Positions 12,501 through 24,900 of a stretch of DNA of 64,000 nucleotides are shown piece after piece. How positions within the stretch are numbered: position 1 is the first letter of the stretch; each line of letters opens with the position of its first letter. The notes below the pieces were generated by a model that was not told the DNA's origin, did no database searches, and worked only from the letters and a program-made list of their open reading frames with translations. Where the stretch lies: contig OZ024741.1 in assembly GCA_964016885.1 (NCBI GenBank), positions 249,860,001 to 249,924,000 on the forward strand, in the 5' to 3' direction. The position numbers and the translations under genes are program-made. The stretch is from Eledone cirrhosa (Eukaryota).

Positions 12501-15500
12501 AATTTGTAAAAAAATCAAGGGGAGATAATTTCCAGCCGTCCAAGGGGAGATAATTTTCAGCCGTCCAAGGAGGTAATTTCTAGCCGTCCAAGGGGAGATA
12601 ATTTCCAGCCGTCCAAGGGGAGATAATTTTTTTAAAAAAATCAGGCGGAGATAATTTGTAAACAAAAATCAGGGGGAGATAATTTGTAAAAAAAAATCAG
12701 GGGGAGATAATTTGTAAAAAAAAATCAGGGGGAGATAAATTGTAAAAAAAATCAAGGGGAGATAATTTCCAGCCGTCCAAGGGGAGGTAATATCTAGCCA
12801 TCCAAGGGGAGATAATTTCCAGCCGTCCAAGGGGAGATAATTTCCAGCCGTCCAAGGGGAGATAATATCCAGCCGTCCAAGGAGACATATTTTCCAGCCG
12901 TCCAAGGAGAGGTAATTTCTAGCCGTCCAAGGGGAGATAAGTTCCAGCCTCCAAGGGGAGATAATTTCCAGCCAGCCAAGGGGAGATAATTTGTAAAAAA
13001 ATCAGGGGGAGATAATTTGTAAAAAAAAATCAGGGGGAGATAATTTGTAAAAAAATCAGGGGGAGATAATTTGTAAAAAAAAAATCAGGGGGAGATAATT
13101 TGTAAAAAAAATCAGGGGGAGATAATTTGTAGAAAAAATCAGGGGTAGATAATTTGTAAAAAAAATCAGGGGGAGATAATTTGTAAAAAAAATCAGGGGG
13201 AGATAATTTGCAAAAAAAATCAGGGGTAGATAATTTTCAGCCGTCCAAGGGGAGATAATTTCCATCCTTCCAAGGGGAGATAATTTCCAGCCGTCCAAGG
13301 GGAGATAATTTCCCGCCAGCCAAGGAGAGATAACATTTAAAAAAATCAGGCGGAGATAATTTGTAAAAAAAATCAGGGGGAGATAATTTGTAAAAAAATC
13401 AGGGGGAGATAATTTGTAAAAAAAATCAGGGGTAGATAATTTCCAGCCGTCCAAGGGGAGATAATTTCCATCCTTCCAAGGGGAGATAATTTCCAGCCGT
13501 CCAAGGGGAGATAATTTCCCGCCAGCCAAGGAGAGATAATATTTAAAAAAATCAGGCGGAGATAATTTGTAAAAAAAATCAGGGGGAGATAATTTGTAAA
13601 AAAATCAGGGGGAGATAATTTGTAAAAAAAAATCAGGGGGAGATAATTTGTAAAAAAAAAATCAGGGGGAGATAATTTGTAAAAAAATCAAGGGGAGATA
13701 ATTTCCAGCCGTCCAAGGGGAGATAATTTTCAGCCGTCCAAGGAGAGGTAATTTCTAGCCGTCCAAGGGGAGATAATTTCCAGCCGTCCAAGGGGAGATA
13801 ATTTTTTTTAAAAAATCAGGCGGAGATAATTTGTAAACAAAAATCAGGGGGAGATAATTTGTAAAAAAAAATCAGGGGGAGATAATTTGTAAAAAAAAAT
13901 CAAGGGGAGATAATTTCCAGCCGTCCAAGGGGAGGTAATATCTAGCCATCCAAGGGGAGATAATTTCCAGCCGTCCAAGGGGAGATATTTTCCAGCCGTC
14001 CAAGGAGAGGTAATTTCTAGCCGTCCAAGGGGAGATAAGTTCCTGCCTCCAAGGGGAGATAATTTCCAGCCAGCCAAGGGGAGATAATTTGTAAAAAAAT
14101 CAGGGGGAGATAATTTGTAAAAAAAAAATCAGGGGGAGATAATTTGTAAAAAAATCAGGGGGAGATAATTTGTAAAAAAAAAATCAGGGGGAGATAATTT
14201 GTAAAAAAAATCAGGGGGAGATAATTTGTAAAAAAAATCAGGGGTAGATAATTTGTAAAAAAAATCAGGGGGAGATAATTTGTAAAAAAAATCAGGGGGA
14301 GATAATTTGTAAAAAAAATCAGGGGTAGATAATTTTCAGCCCTCCAAGGGGAGATAATTTCCATCCTTCCAAGGGGAGATAATTTCCAGCCGTCCAAGGG
14401 GAGATAATTTCCCGCCAGCCAAGGAGAGATAACATTTAAAAAAATCAGGCGGAGATAATTTGTAAAAAAAATCAGGGGGAGATAATTTGTAAAAAAATTA
14501 GGGGGAGATAATTTGTAAAAAAAATCAGGGGTAGATAATTTCCAGCCGTCCAAGGGGAGATAATTTCCATCCTTCCAAGGGGAGATAATTTCCAGCCGTC
14601 CAAGGGGAGATAATTTCCCGCCAGCCAAGGAGAGATAATATTTAAAAAAATCAGGCGGAGATAATTTGTAAAAAAAATCAGGGGGAGATAATTTGTAAAA
14701 AAATCAGGGGGAGATAATTTGTAAAAAAAAATCAGGGGGAGATAATTTGTAAAAAAAATCAGGGGGAGATAATTTGTAAAAAAAATCAGGGGTAGATAAT
14801 TTGTAAAAAAAAATCAGGGGGAGATAATTTGTAAAAAAAAATCAGGGGGAGATAATTTGTAAAAAAATCAAGGGGAGATAATTTCCAGCCGTCCAAGGGG
14901 AGATAATTTTCAGCCGTCCAAGGAGAGGTAATTTCTAGCCGTCCAAGGGGAGATAATTTCCAGCCGTCCAAGGGGAGATAATTTTTTTTAAAAAATCAGG
15001 CGGAGATAATTTGTAAACAAAAATCAGGGGGAGATAATTTGTAAAAAAAAATCAGGGGGAGATAATTTGTAAAAAAAAATCAGGGGGAGATAATTTGTAA
15101 AAAAAATCAAGGGGAGATAATTTCCAGCCGTCCAAGGGGAGGTAATATCTAGCCATCCAAGGGGAGATAATTTCCAGCCGTCCAAGGGGAGATAATTTCC
15201 AGCCGTCCAAGGGGAGATAATATCCAGCCGTCCAAGGAGACATATTTTCCAGCCGTCCAAGGAGACGTAATTTCTAGCCGTCCAAGGGGAGATAAGTTCC
15301 AGCCTCCAAGGGGAGATAATTTCCAGCCAGCCAAGGGGAGATAATTTGTAAAAAAATTAGGGGGAGATAATTTGTAAAAAAAAATTAGGGGGAGATAATT
15401 TGTAAAAAAAAATCAGGGGGAGATAATTTGTAAAAAAAAATCAGGGGGAGATAATTTGTAAAAAAAAATCAGGGGGAGATAATTTGTAAAAAAAAAATCA

Positions 15501-18500
15501 GGCGGAGATAATTTGTAAAAAAATCAAGGGGAGATAATTTCCAGCCGTCCAAGGGGAGATAATTTTCAGCCGTCCAAGGAGAGGTAATTTCTAGCCGTCC
15601 AAGGGGAGATAATTTCCAGCCGTCCAAGGGGAGATAATTTTTTTAAAAAAATCAGGCGGAGATAATTTGTAAACAAAAATCAGGGGGAGATAATTTGTAA
15701 AAAAAAATCAGGGGGAGATAATTTGTAAAAAAAATCAGGGGGAGATAATTTGTAAAAAAAATCAAGGGGAGATAATTTGTAAAAAAAAATCAGGGGTAGA
15801 TAATTTGTAAAAAAAAATCAGGGGGAGATAATTTGTAAAAAAAAAATCAGGGGGAGATAATTTGTAAAAAAATCAAGGGGAGATAATTTCCAGCCGTCCA
15901 AGGGGAGATAATTTTAAGCCGTCCAAGGAGAGGTAATTTCTAGCCGTCCAAGGGGAGATAATTTCCAGCCAGCCAAGGGGAGATAATTTGTAAAAAAATC
16001 AGGGGTAGATAATTTGTAAAAAAAAATCAGGGGGAGATAATTTGTAAAAAAAATCAGGGGGAGATAATTTGTAAAAAAAATCAGGGGTAGATAATTTCCA
16101 GCCGTCCAAGGGGAGATAATTTCCATCCTTCCAAGGGGAGATAATTTCCAGCCGTCCAAGGGGAGACAATTTCCCGCCAGCCAAGGAGAGATAACATTTA
16201 AAAAAATCAGGCGGAGATAATTTGTAAAAAAAATCAGGGGGAGATAATTTGTAAAAAAATCAGGGGGAGATAATTTGTAAAAAAAATCAGGGGTAGATAA
16301 TTTCCAGCCGTCCAAGGGGAGATAATTTCCATCCTTCCAAGGGGAGATAATTTCCAGCCGTCCAAGGGGAGATAATTTCCCGCCAGCCAAGGAGAGATAA
16401 TATTTAAAAAAATCAGGCGGAGATAATTTGTAAAAAAAATCAGGGGGAGATAATTTGTAAAAAAATCAGGGGGAGATAATTTGTAAAAAAAAATCAGGGG
16501 AGATAATTTGTAAAAAAAATCAGGGGGTGATAATTTGTAAAAAAAATCAGGGGTAGATAATTTGTAAAAAAAAATCAGGGGGAGATAATTTGTAAAAAAA
16601 AAATCAGGGGGAGATAATTTGTAAAAAAATCAAGGGGAGATAATTTCCAACCGTCCAAGGGGAGATAATTTTCAGCCGTCCAAGGAGGTAATTTCTAGCC
16701 GTCCAAGGGGAGATAATTTCCAGCCGTCCAAGGGGAGATAATTTTTTTAAAAAAATCAGGCGGAGATAATTTGTAAACAAAAATCAGGGGGAGATAATTT
16801 GTAAAAAAAATCAGGGGGAGATAATTTGTAAAAAAAATCAAGGGGAGATAATTTCCAGCCGTCCAAGGGGAGGTAATATCTAGCCATCCAAAGGGAGATA
16901 ATTTCCAGCCGTCCAAGGGGAGATAATTTCCAGCCGTCCAAGGGGAGATAATATCCAGCCGTCCAAGGAGACATATTTTCCAGCCGTCCAAGGAGAGGTA
17001 ATTTCTAGCCGTCCAAGGGGAGATAAGTTCCAGCCTCCAAGGGGAGATAATTTCCAGCCAGCCAAGGGGAGATAATTTGTAAAAAAATCAGGGGGAGATA
17101 ATTTGTAAAAAAAAAATCAGGGGGAGATAATTTGTAAAAAAATCAGGGGGAGATAATTTGTAAAAAAAAAATCAGGGGGAGATAATTTGTAAAAAAAAAT
17201 CAGGGGGAGATAATTTGTAGAAAAAATCAGGGGTAGATAATTTGTAAAAAAAATCAGGGGGAGATAATTTGTAAAAAAAATCAGGGGGAGATAATTTGTA
17301 AAAAAAATCAGGGGTAGATAATTTTCAGCCGTCCAAGGGGAGATAATTTCCATCCTTCCAAGGGGAGATAATTTCCAGCCGTCCAAGGGGAGATAATTTC
17401 CCGCCAGCCAAGGAGAGATAACATTTAAAAAAATCAGGCGGAGATAATTTGTAAAAAAAATCAGGGGGAGATAATTTGTAAAAAAATCAGGGGGAGATAA
17501 TTTGTAAAAAAAAATCAGGGGTAGATAATTTCCAGCCGTCCAAGGGGAGATAATTTCCATCCTTCCAAGGGGAGATAATTTCCAGCCGTCCAAGGGGAGA
17601 TAATTTCCCGCCAGCCAAGGAGAGATAATATTTAAAAAAATCAGGCGGAGATAATTTGTAAAAAAAATCAGGGGGAGATAATTTGTAAAAAAATCAGGGG
17701 GAGATAATTTGTAAAAAAAAATCAGGGGAGATAATTTGTAAAAAAAATCAGGGGGAGATAATTTGTAAAAAAAAATCAGGGGTAGATAATTTGTAAAAAA
17801 AAATCAGGGGGAGATAATTTGTAAAAAAAAAATCAGGGGGAGATAATTTGTAAAAAAATCAAGGGGAGATAATTTCCAGCCGTCCAAGGGGAGATAATTT
17901 TCAGCCGTCCAAGGAGGTAATTTCTAGCCGTCCAAGGGGAGATAATTTCCAGCCGTCCAAGGGGAGATAATTTTTTTAAAAAAATCAGGCGGAGATAATT
18001 TGTAAACAAAAATCAGGGGGAGATAATTTGTAAAAAAAAATCAGGGGGAGATAATTTGTAAAAAAAAATCAGGGGGAGATAATTTGTAAAAAAAATCAAG
18101 GGGAGATAATTTCCAGCCGTCCAAGGGGAGGTAATATCTAGCCATCCAAGGGGAGATAATTTCCAGCCGTCCAAGGGGAGATAATTTCCAGCCGTCAAAG
18201 GGGAGATAATATCCAGCCGTCCAAGGAGACATATTTTCCAGCCGTCCAAGGAGAGGTAATTTCTAGCCGTCCAAGGGGAGATAAGTTCCAGCCTCCAAGG
18301 GGAGATAATTTCCAGCCAGCCAAGGGGAGATAATTTGTAAAAAAATCAGGGGGAGATAATTTGTAAAAAAAAATCAGGGGGAGATAATTTGTAAAAAAAT
18401 CAGGGGGAGATAATTTGTAAAAAAAAAATCAGGGGGAGATAATTTGTAAAAAAAATCAGGGGGAGATAATTTGTAGAAAAAATCAGGGGTAGATAATTTG

Positions 18501-18969
18501 TAAAAAAAATCAGGGGGAGATAATTTGTAAAAAAAATCAGGGGGAGATAATTTGTAAAAAAAATCAGGGGTAGATAATTTTCAGCCGTCCAAGGGGAGAT
18601 AATTTCCATCCTTCCAAGGGGAGATAATTTCCAGCCGTCCAAGGGGAGATAATTTCCCGCCAGCCAAGGAGAGATAACATTTAAAAAAATCAGGCGGAGA
18701 TAATTTGTAAAAAAAATCAGGGGGAGATAATTTGTAAAAAAATCAGGGGGAGATAATTTGTAAAAAAAATCAGGGGTAGATAATTTCCAGCCGTCCAAGG
18801 GGAGATAATTTCCATCCTTCCAAGGGGAGATAATTTCCAGCCGTCCAAGGGGAGATAATTTCCCGCCAGCCAAGGAGAGATAATATTTAAAAAAATCAGG
18901 CGGAGATAATTTGTAAAAAAAATCAGGGGGAGATAATTTGTAAACAAAAATCAGGGGGAGATAATTTGT

Positions 18970-21900
18970 AAAAAAAATCAGGCGGAGATAATTTGTAAAC
19001 AAAAATCAGGGGGAGATAATTTGTAAAAAAAAATCAGGGGGAGATAATTTGTAAAAAAAAATCAGGGGGAGATAATTTGTAAAAAAAATCAAGGGGAGAT
19101 AATTTCCAGCCGTCCAAGGGGAGGTAATATCTAGCCATCCAAGGGGAGATAATTTCCAGCCGTCCAAGGGGAGATAATTTCCAGCCGTCCAAGGGGAGAT
19201 AATATCCAGCCGTCCAAGGAGACATATTTTCCAGCCGTCCAAGGAGACGTAATTTCTAGCCGTCCAAGGGGAGATAAGTTCCAGCCTCCAAGGGGAGATA
19301 ATTTCCAGCCAGCCAAGGGGAGATAATTTGTAAAAAAATTAGGGGGAGATAATTTGTAAAAAAAAATTAGGGGGAGATAATTTGTAAAAAAAATCAGGGG
19401 GAGATAATTTGTAAAAAAAAATCAGGGGGAGATAATTTGTAAAAAAAATCGAGGGGAGATAATTTCCAGCCGTCCAAGGGGAGATAATTTTCAGCCGTCC
19501 AAGGAGAGGTAAATTCTAGCCGTCCAAGGAGATATAATTTCCAGCCGTCCAAGGGGAGATAATTTCCAGCCGTCCAAGGGGAGATAATTTTTTAAAAAAA
19601 ATCAGGCGGAGATAATTTGTAAACAAAAATCAGGGGGAGATAATTTTTTAAAAAAAATCAGGGGGAGATAATTTGTAAAAAAAAATCAGGGGGAGATAAT
19701 TTGTAAAAAAAATCAAGGGGAGATAATTTCCAGCCGTCCAAGGGGAGGTAATATCTAGCCATCCAAGGGGAGATAATTTCCAGCCGTCCAAGGGGAGATA
19801 ATTTCCAGCCGTCCAAGGGGAGATAATATCCAGCCGTCCAAGGAGACATATTTTCCAGCCGTCCAAGGAGAGGTAATTTCTAGCCGTCCAAGGGGAGATA
19901 AGTTCCAGCCTCCAAGGGGAGATAATTTCCAGCCAGCCAAGGGGAGATAATTTGTAAAAAAATCAGGGGGGAGATAATTTGTAAAAAAAATCAGGGGGAG
20001 ATAATTTGAAAAAAAAATCAGGGGGAGATAATTTGTAAAAAATATCAAGGGGAGATAATTTCCAGCCCTCCAAGGGGCTATAATTTCCAGCCGTGCAAGG
20101 GGAGATAATTTCCAGCCGTCCAAGGGGAGATAATTTCCATCCTTCCAAGGGGAGATAATTTCCAGCCGTCCAAGGGGAGATAATTTCCCGCCAGCCAAGG
20201 GAAGATAATTTTTTAAAAAATCAGGCGGAGATTGTAAAAAAAATCAGGGGGAGATAATTTGTAAAAAAATCAGGGGGAGATAATTTGTAAAAAAAAAATC
20301 AGGGGGAGATAATTTGTAAAAAAAAATCAGGGGGAGATAATTTGTAAAAAAAATCAGGGGGAGATAATTTGTAAAAAAAATCAGGGGTAGATAATTTGTA
20401 AAAAAAATCAGGGGGAGATAATTTGTAAAAAAAATCAGGGGGAGATAATTTGTAAAAAAAATCAGGGGTAGATAATTTTCAGCCGTCCAAGGGGAGATAA
20501 TTTCCATCCTTCCAAGGGGAGATAATTTCCAGCCGTCCAAGGGGAGATAATTTCCCGCCAGCCAAGGAGAGATAACATTTAAAAAAATCAGGCGGAGATA
20601 ATTTGTAAAAAAATCAGGGGGAGATAATTTGTAAAAAAAAATCAGGGGTAGATAATTTCCAGCCGTCCAAGGGGAGATAATTTCCATCCTTCCAAGGGGA
20701 GATAATTTCCAGCCGTCCAAGGGGAGATAATTTCCCGCCAGCCAAGGAGAGATAATATTTAAAAAAATCAGGCGGAGATAATTTGTAAAAAAAATCAGGG
20801 GGAGATAATTTGTAAAAAAATCAGGGGGAGATAATTTGTAAAAAAAAATCAGGGGGAGATAATTTGTAAAAAAAAATCAGGGGGAGATAATTTGTAAAAA
20901 AAAATCAGGGGTAGATAATTTGTAAAAAAAAATCAGGGTGAGATAATTTGTAAAAGAAAAATCAGGGGGAGATAATTTGTAAAAAAATCAAGGGGAGATA
21001 ATTTCCAGCCGTCCAAGGGGAGATAATTTTCAGCCGTCCAAGGAGAGGTAATTTCTAGCCGTCCAAGGGGAGATAATTTCCAGCCGTCCAAGGGGAGATA
21101 ATTTTTTTAAAAAAATCAGGCGGAGATAATTTGTAAACAAAAATCAGGGGGAGATAATTTGTAAAAAAAAATCAGGGGGAGATAATTTGTAAAAAAAAAT
21201 CAGGGGGAGATAATTTGTAAAAAAAATCAAGGGGAGATAATTTGTCAAAAAAAATCAGGGGTAGATAATTTGTAAAAAAAAATCAGGGGGAGATAATTTG
21301 TAAAAAAAAAATCAGGGGGAGATAATTTGTAAAAAAATCAAGGGGAGATAATTTCCAGCCGTCCAAGGGGAGATAATTTTCAGCCGTCCAAGGAGAGGTA
21401 ATTTCTAGCCGTCCAAGGGGAGATAATTTCCAGCCAGCCAAGGGGAGATAATTTGTAAAAAAATCAGGGGTAGATAATTTGTAAAAAAAAATCAGGGGGA
21501 GATAATTTGTAAAAAAAATCAGGGGGAGATAATTTGTAAAAAAAATCAGGGGTAGATAATTTCCAGCCGTCCAAGGGGAGATAATTTCCATCCTTCCAAG
21601 GGGAGATAATTTCCAGCCGTCCAAGGGGAGATAATTTCCCGCCAGCCAAGGAGAGATAACATTTAAAAAAATCAGGCGGAGATAATTTGTAAAAAAAATC
21701 AGGGGGAGATAATTTGTAAAAAAATCAGGGGGAGATAATTTGTAAAAAAAATCAGGGGTAGATAATTTCCAGCCGTCCAAGGGGAGATAATTTCCATCCT
21801 TCCAAGGGGAGATAATTTCCAGCCGTCCAAGGGGAGATAATTTCCCGCCAGCCAAGGAGAGATAATATTTAAAAAAATCAGGCGGAGATAATTTGTAAAA

Positions 21901-24900
21901 AAAATCAGGGGGAGATAATTTGTAAAAAAATCAGGGGGAGATAATTTGTAAAAAAAAATCAGGGGAGATAATTTGTAAAAAAAATCAGGGGGAGATAATT
22001 TGTAAAAAAAAATCAGGGGTAGATAATTTGTAAAAAAAAATCAGGGGGAGATAATTTGTAAAAAAAAAATCAGGGGGAGATAATTTGTAAAAAAATCAAG
22101 GGCAGATACTTTCCAGCCGTCCAAGGGGAGATAATTTTCAGCCGTCCAAGGAGGTAATTTCTAGCCGTCCAAGGGGAGATAATTTCCAGCCGTCCAAGGG
22201 GAGATAATTTTTTTAAAAAAATCAGGCGGAGATAATTTGTAAACAAAAATCAGGGGGAGATAATTTGTAAAAAAAAATCAGGGGGAGATAATTTGTAAAA
22301 AAAAATCAGGGGGAGATAATTTGTAAAAAAAATCAAGGGGAGATAATTTCCAGCCGTCCAAGGGGAGGTAATATCTAGCCATCCAAGGGGAGATAATTTC
22401 CAGCCGTCCAAGGGGAGATAATTTCCAGCCGTCCAAGGGGAGATAATATCCAGCCGTCCAAGGAGACATATTTTCCAGCCGTCCAAGGAGAGGTAATTTC
22501 TAGCCGTCCAAGGGGAGATAAGTTCCAGCCTCCAAGGGGAGATAATTTCCAGCCAGCCAAGGGGAGATAATTTGTAAAAAAATCAGGGGGAGATAATTTG
22601 TAAAAAAAAAATCAGGGGCAGATAATTTGTAAAAAAATCAGGGGGAGATAATTTGTAAAAAAAATCAGGGGGAGATAATTTGTAGAAAAAATCAGGGGTA
22701 GATAATTTGTAAAAAAAATCAGGGGGAGATAATTTGTAAAAAAAATCAGGGGGAGATAATTTGTAAAAAAAATCAGGGGTAGATAATTTTCAGCCGTCCA
22801 AGGGGAGATAATTTCCATCCTTCCAAGGGGAGATAATTTCCAGCCGTCCAAGGGGAGATAATTTCCCGCCAGCCAAGGAGAGATAACATTTTAAAAAATC
22901 AGGCGGAGATAATTTGTAAAAAAAATCAGGGGGAGATAATTTGTAAAAAAATCAGGGGGAGATAATTTGTAAAAAAAAATCAGGGGGAGATAATTTGTAA
23001 AAAAAATCAGGGGGAGATAATTTGTAAAAAAAATCAGGGGTAGATAATTTGTAAAAAAAAATCAGGGGGAGATAATTTGTAAAAAAAAAATCAGGGGGAG
23101 ATAATTTGTAAAAAAATCAAGGGGAGATAATTTCCAGCCGTCCAAGGGGAGATAATTTTCAGCCGTCCAAGGAGAGGTAATTTCTAGCCGTCCAAGGGGA
23201 GATAATTTCCAGCCGTCCAAGGGGAGATAATTTTTTTTAAAAAATCAGGCGGAGATAATTTGTAAACAAAAATCAGGGGGAGATAATTTGTAAAAAAAAA
23301 TCAGGGGGAGATAATTTGTAAAAAAAAATCAGGGGGAGATAATTTGTAAAAAAAATCAAGGGGAGATAATTTCCAGCCGTCCAAGGGGAGGTAATATCTA
23401 GCCATCCAAGGGGAGATAATTTCCAGCCGTCCAAGGGGAGATATTTTCCAGCCGTCCAAGGAGAGGTAATTTCTAGCCGTCCAAGGGGAGATAAGTTCCT
23501 GCCTCCAAGGGGAGATAATTTCCAGCCAGCCAAGGGGAGATAATTTGTAAAAAAATCAGGGGGAGATAATTTGTAAAAAAAAAATCAGGGGGAGATAATT
23601 TGTAAAAAAATCAGGGGGAGATAATTTGTAAAAAAAAAATCAGGGGGAGATAATTTGTAAAAAAAATCAGGGGGAGATAATTTGTAAAAAAAATCAGGGG
23701 TAGATAATTTGTAAAAAAAATCAGGGGGAGATAATTTGTAAAAAAAATCAGGGGGAGATAATTTGTAAAAAAAATCAGGGGTAGATAATTTTCAGCCCTC
23801 CAAGGGGAGATAATTTCCAGCCGTCCAAGGGGAGATAATTTCCCGCCAGCCAAGGAGAGATAACATTTAAAAAAATCAGGCGGAGATAATTTGTAAAAAA
23901 AATCAGGGGGAGATAATTTGTAAAAAAATTAGGGGGAGATAATTTGTAAAAAAAATCAGGGGTAGATAATTTCCAGCCGTCCAAGGGGAGATAATTTCCA
24001 TCCTTCCAAGGGGAGATAATTTCCAGCCGTCCAAGGGGAGATAATTTCCCGCCAGCCAAGGAGAGATAATATTTAAAAAAATCAGGCGGAGATAATTTGT
24101 AAAAAAAATCAGGGGGAGATAATTTGTAAAAAAATCAGGGGGAGATAATTTGTAAAAAAAAATCAGGGGGAGATAATTTGTAAAAAAAATCAGGGGGAGA
24201 TAATTTGTAAAAAAAATCAGGTGTAGATAATTTGTAAAAAAAAATCAGGGGGAGATAATTTGTAAAAAAAAATCAGGGGGAGATAATTTGTAAAAAAATC
24301 AAGGGGAGATAATTTCCAGCCGTCCAAGGGGAGATAATTTTCAGCCGTCCAAGGAGAGGTAATTTCTAGCCGTCCAAGGGGAGATAATTTCCAGCCGTCC
24401 AAGGGGAGATAATTTTTTTTAAAAAATCAGGCGGAGATAATTTGTAAACAAAAATCAGGGGCAGATAATTTGTAAAAAAAAATCAGGGGGAGATAATTTG
24501 TAAAAAAAAATCAGGGGGAGATAATTTGTAAAAAAAATCAAGGGGAGATAATTTCCAGCCATCCAAGGGGAGGTAATATCTAGCCATCCAAGGGGAGATA
24601 ATTTCCAGCCGTCCAAGGGGAGATAATTTCCAGCCGTCCAAGGGGAGATAATATCCAGCCGTCCAAGGAGACATATTTTCCAGCCGTCCAAGGAGACGTA
24701 ATTTCTAGCCGTCCAAGGGGAGATAAGTTCCAGCCTCCAAGGGGAGATAATTTCCAGCCAGCCAAGGGGAGATAATTTGTAAAAAAAAATTAGGGGGAGA
24801 TAATTTGTAAAAAAAAATCAGGGGGAGATAATTTGTAAAAAAAAATCAGGGGGAGATAATTTGTAAAAAAAAATCAGGGGGAGATAATTTGTAAAAAAAA

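Larger units (their letters stand above)
1117..18969 (+). repeat. Copy 1 of a ~17.85 kb tandem super-repeat
   Basis: The ORF-track pattern and rare variants recur at offset 17,853-17,855: 1153>19006, 3430>21283, 7464>25319, 11912>29767, 15149>33004, 18400>36254. Confidence 0.95.
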
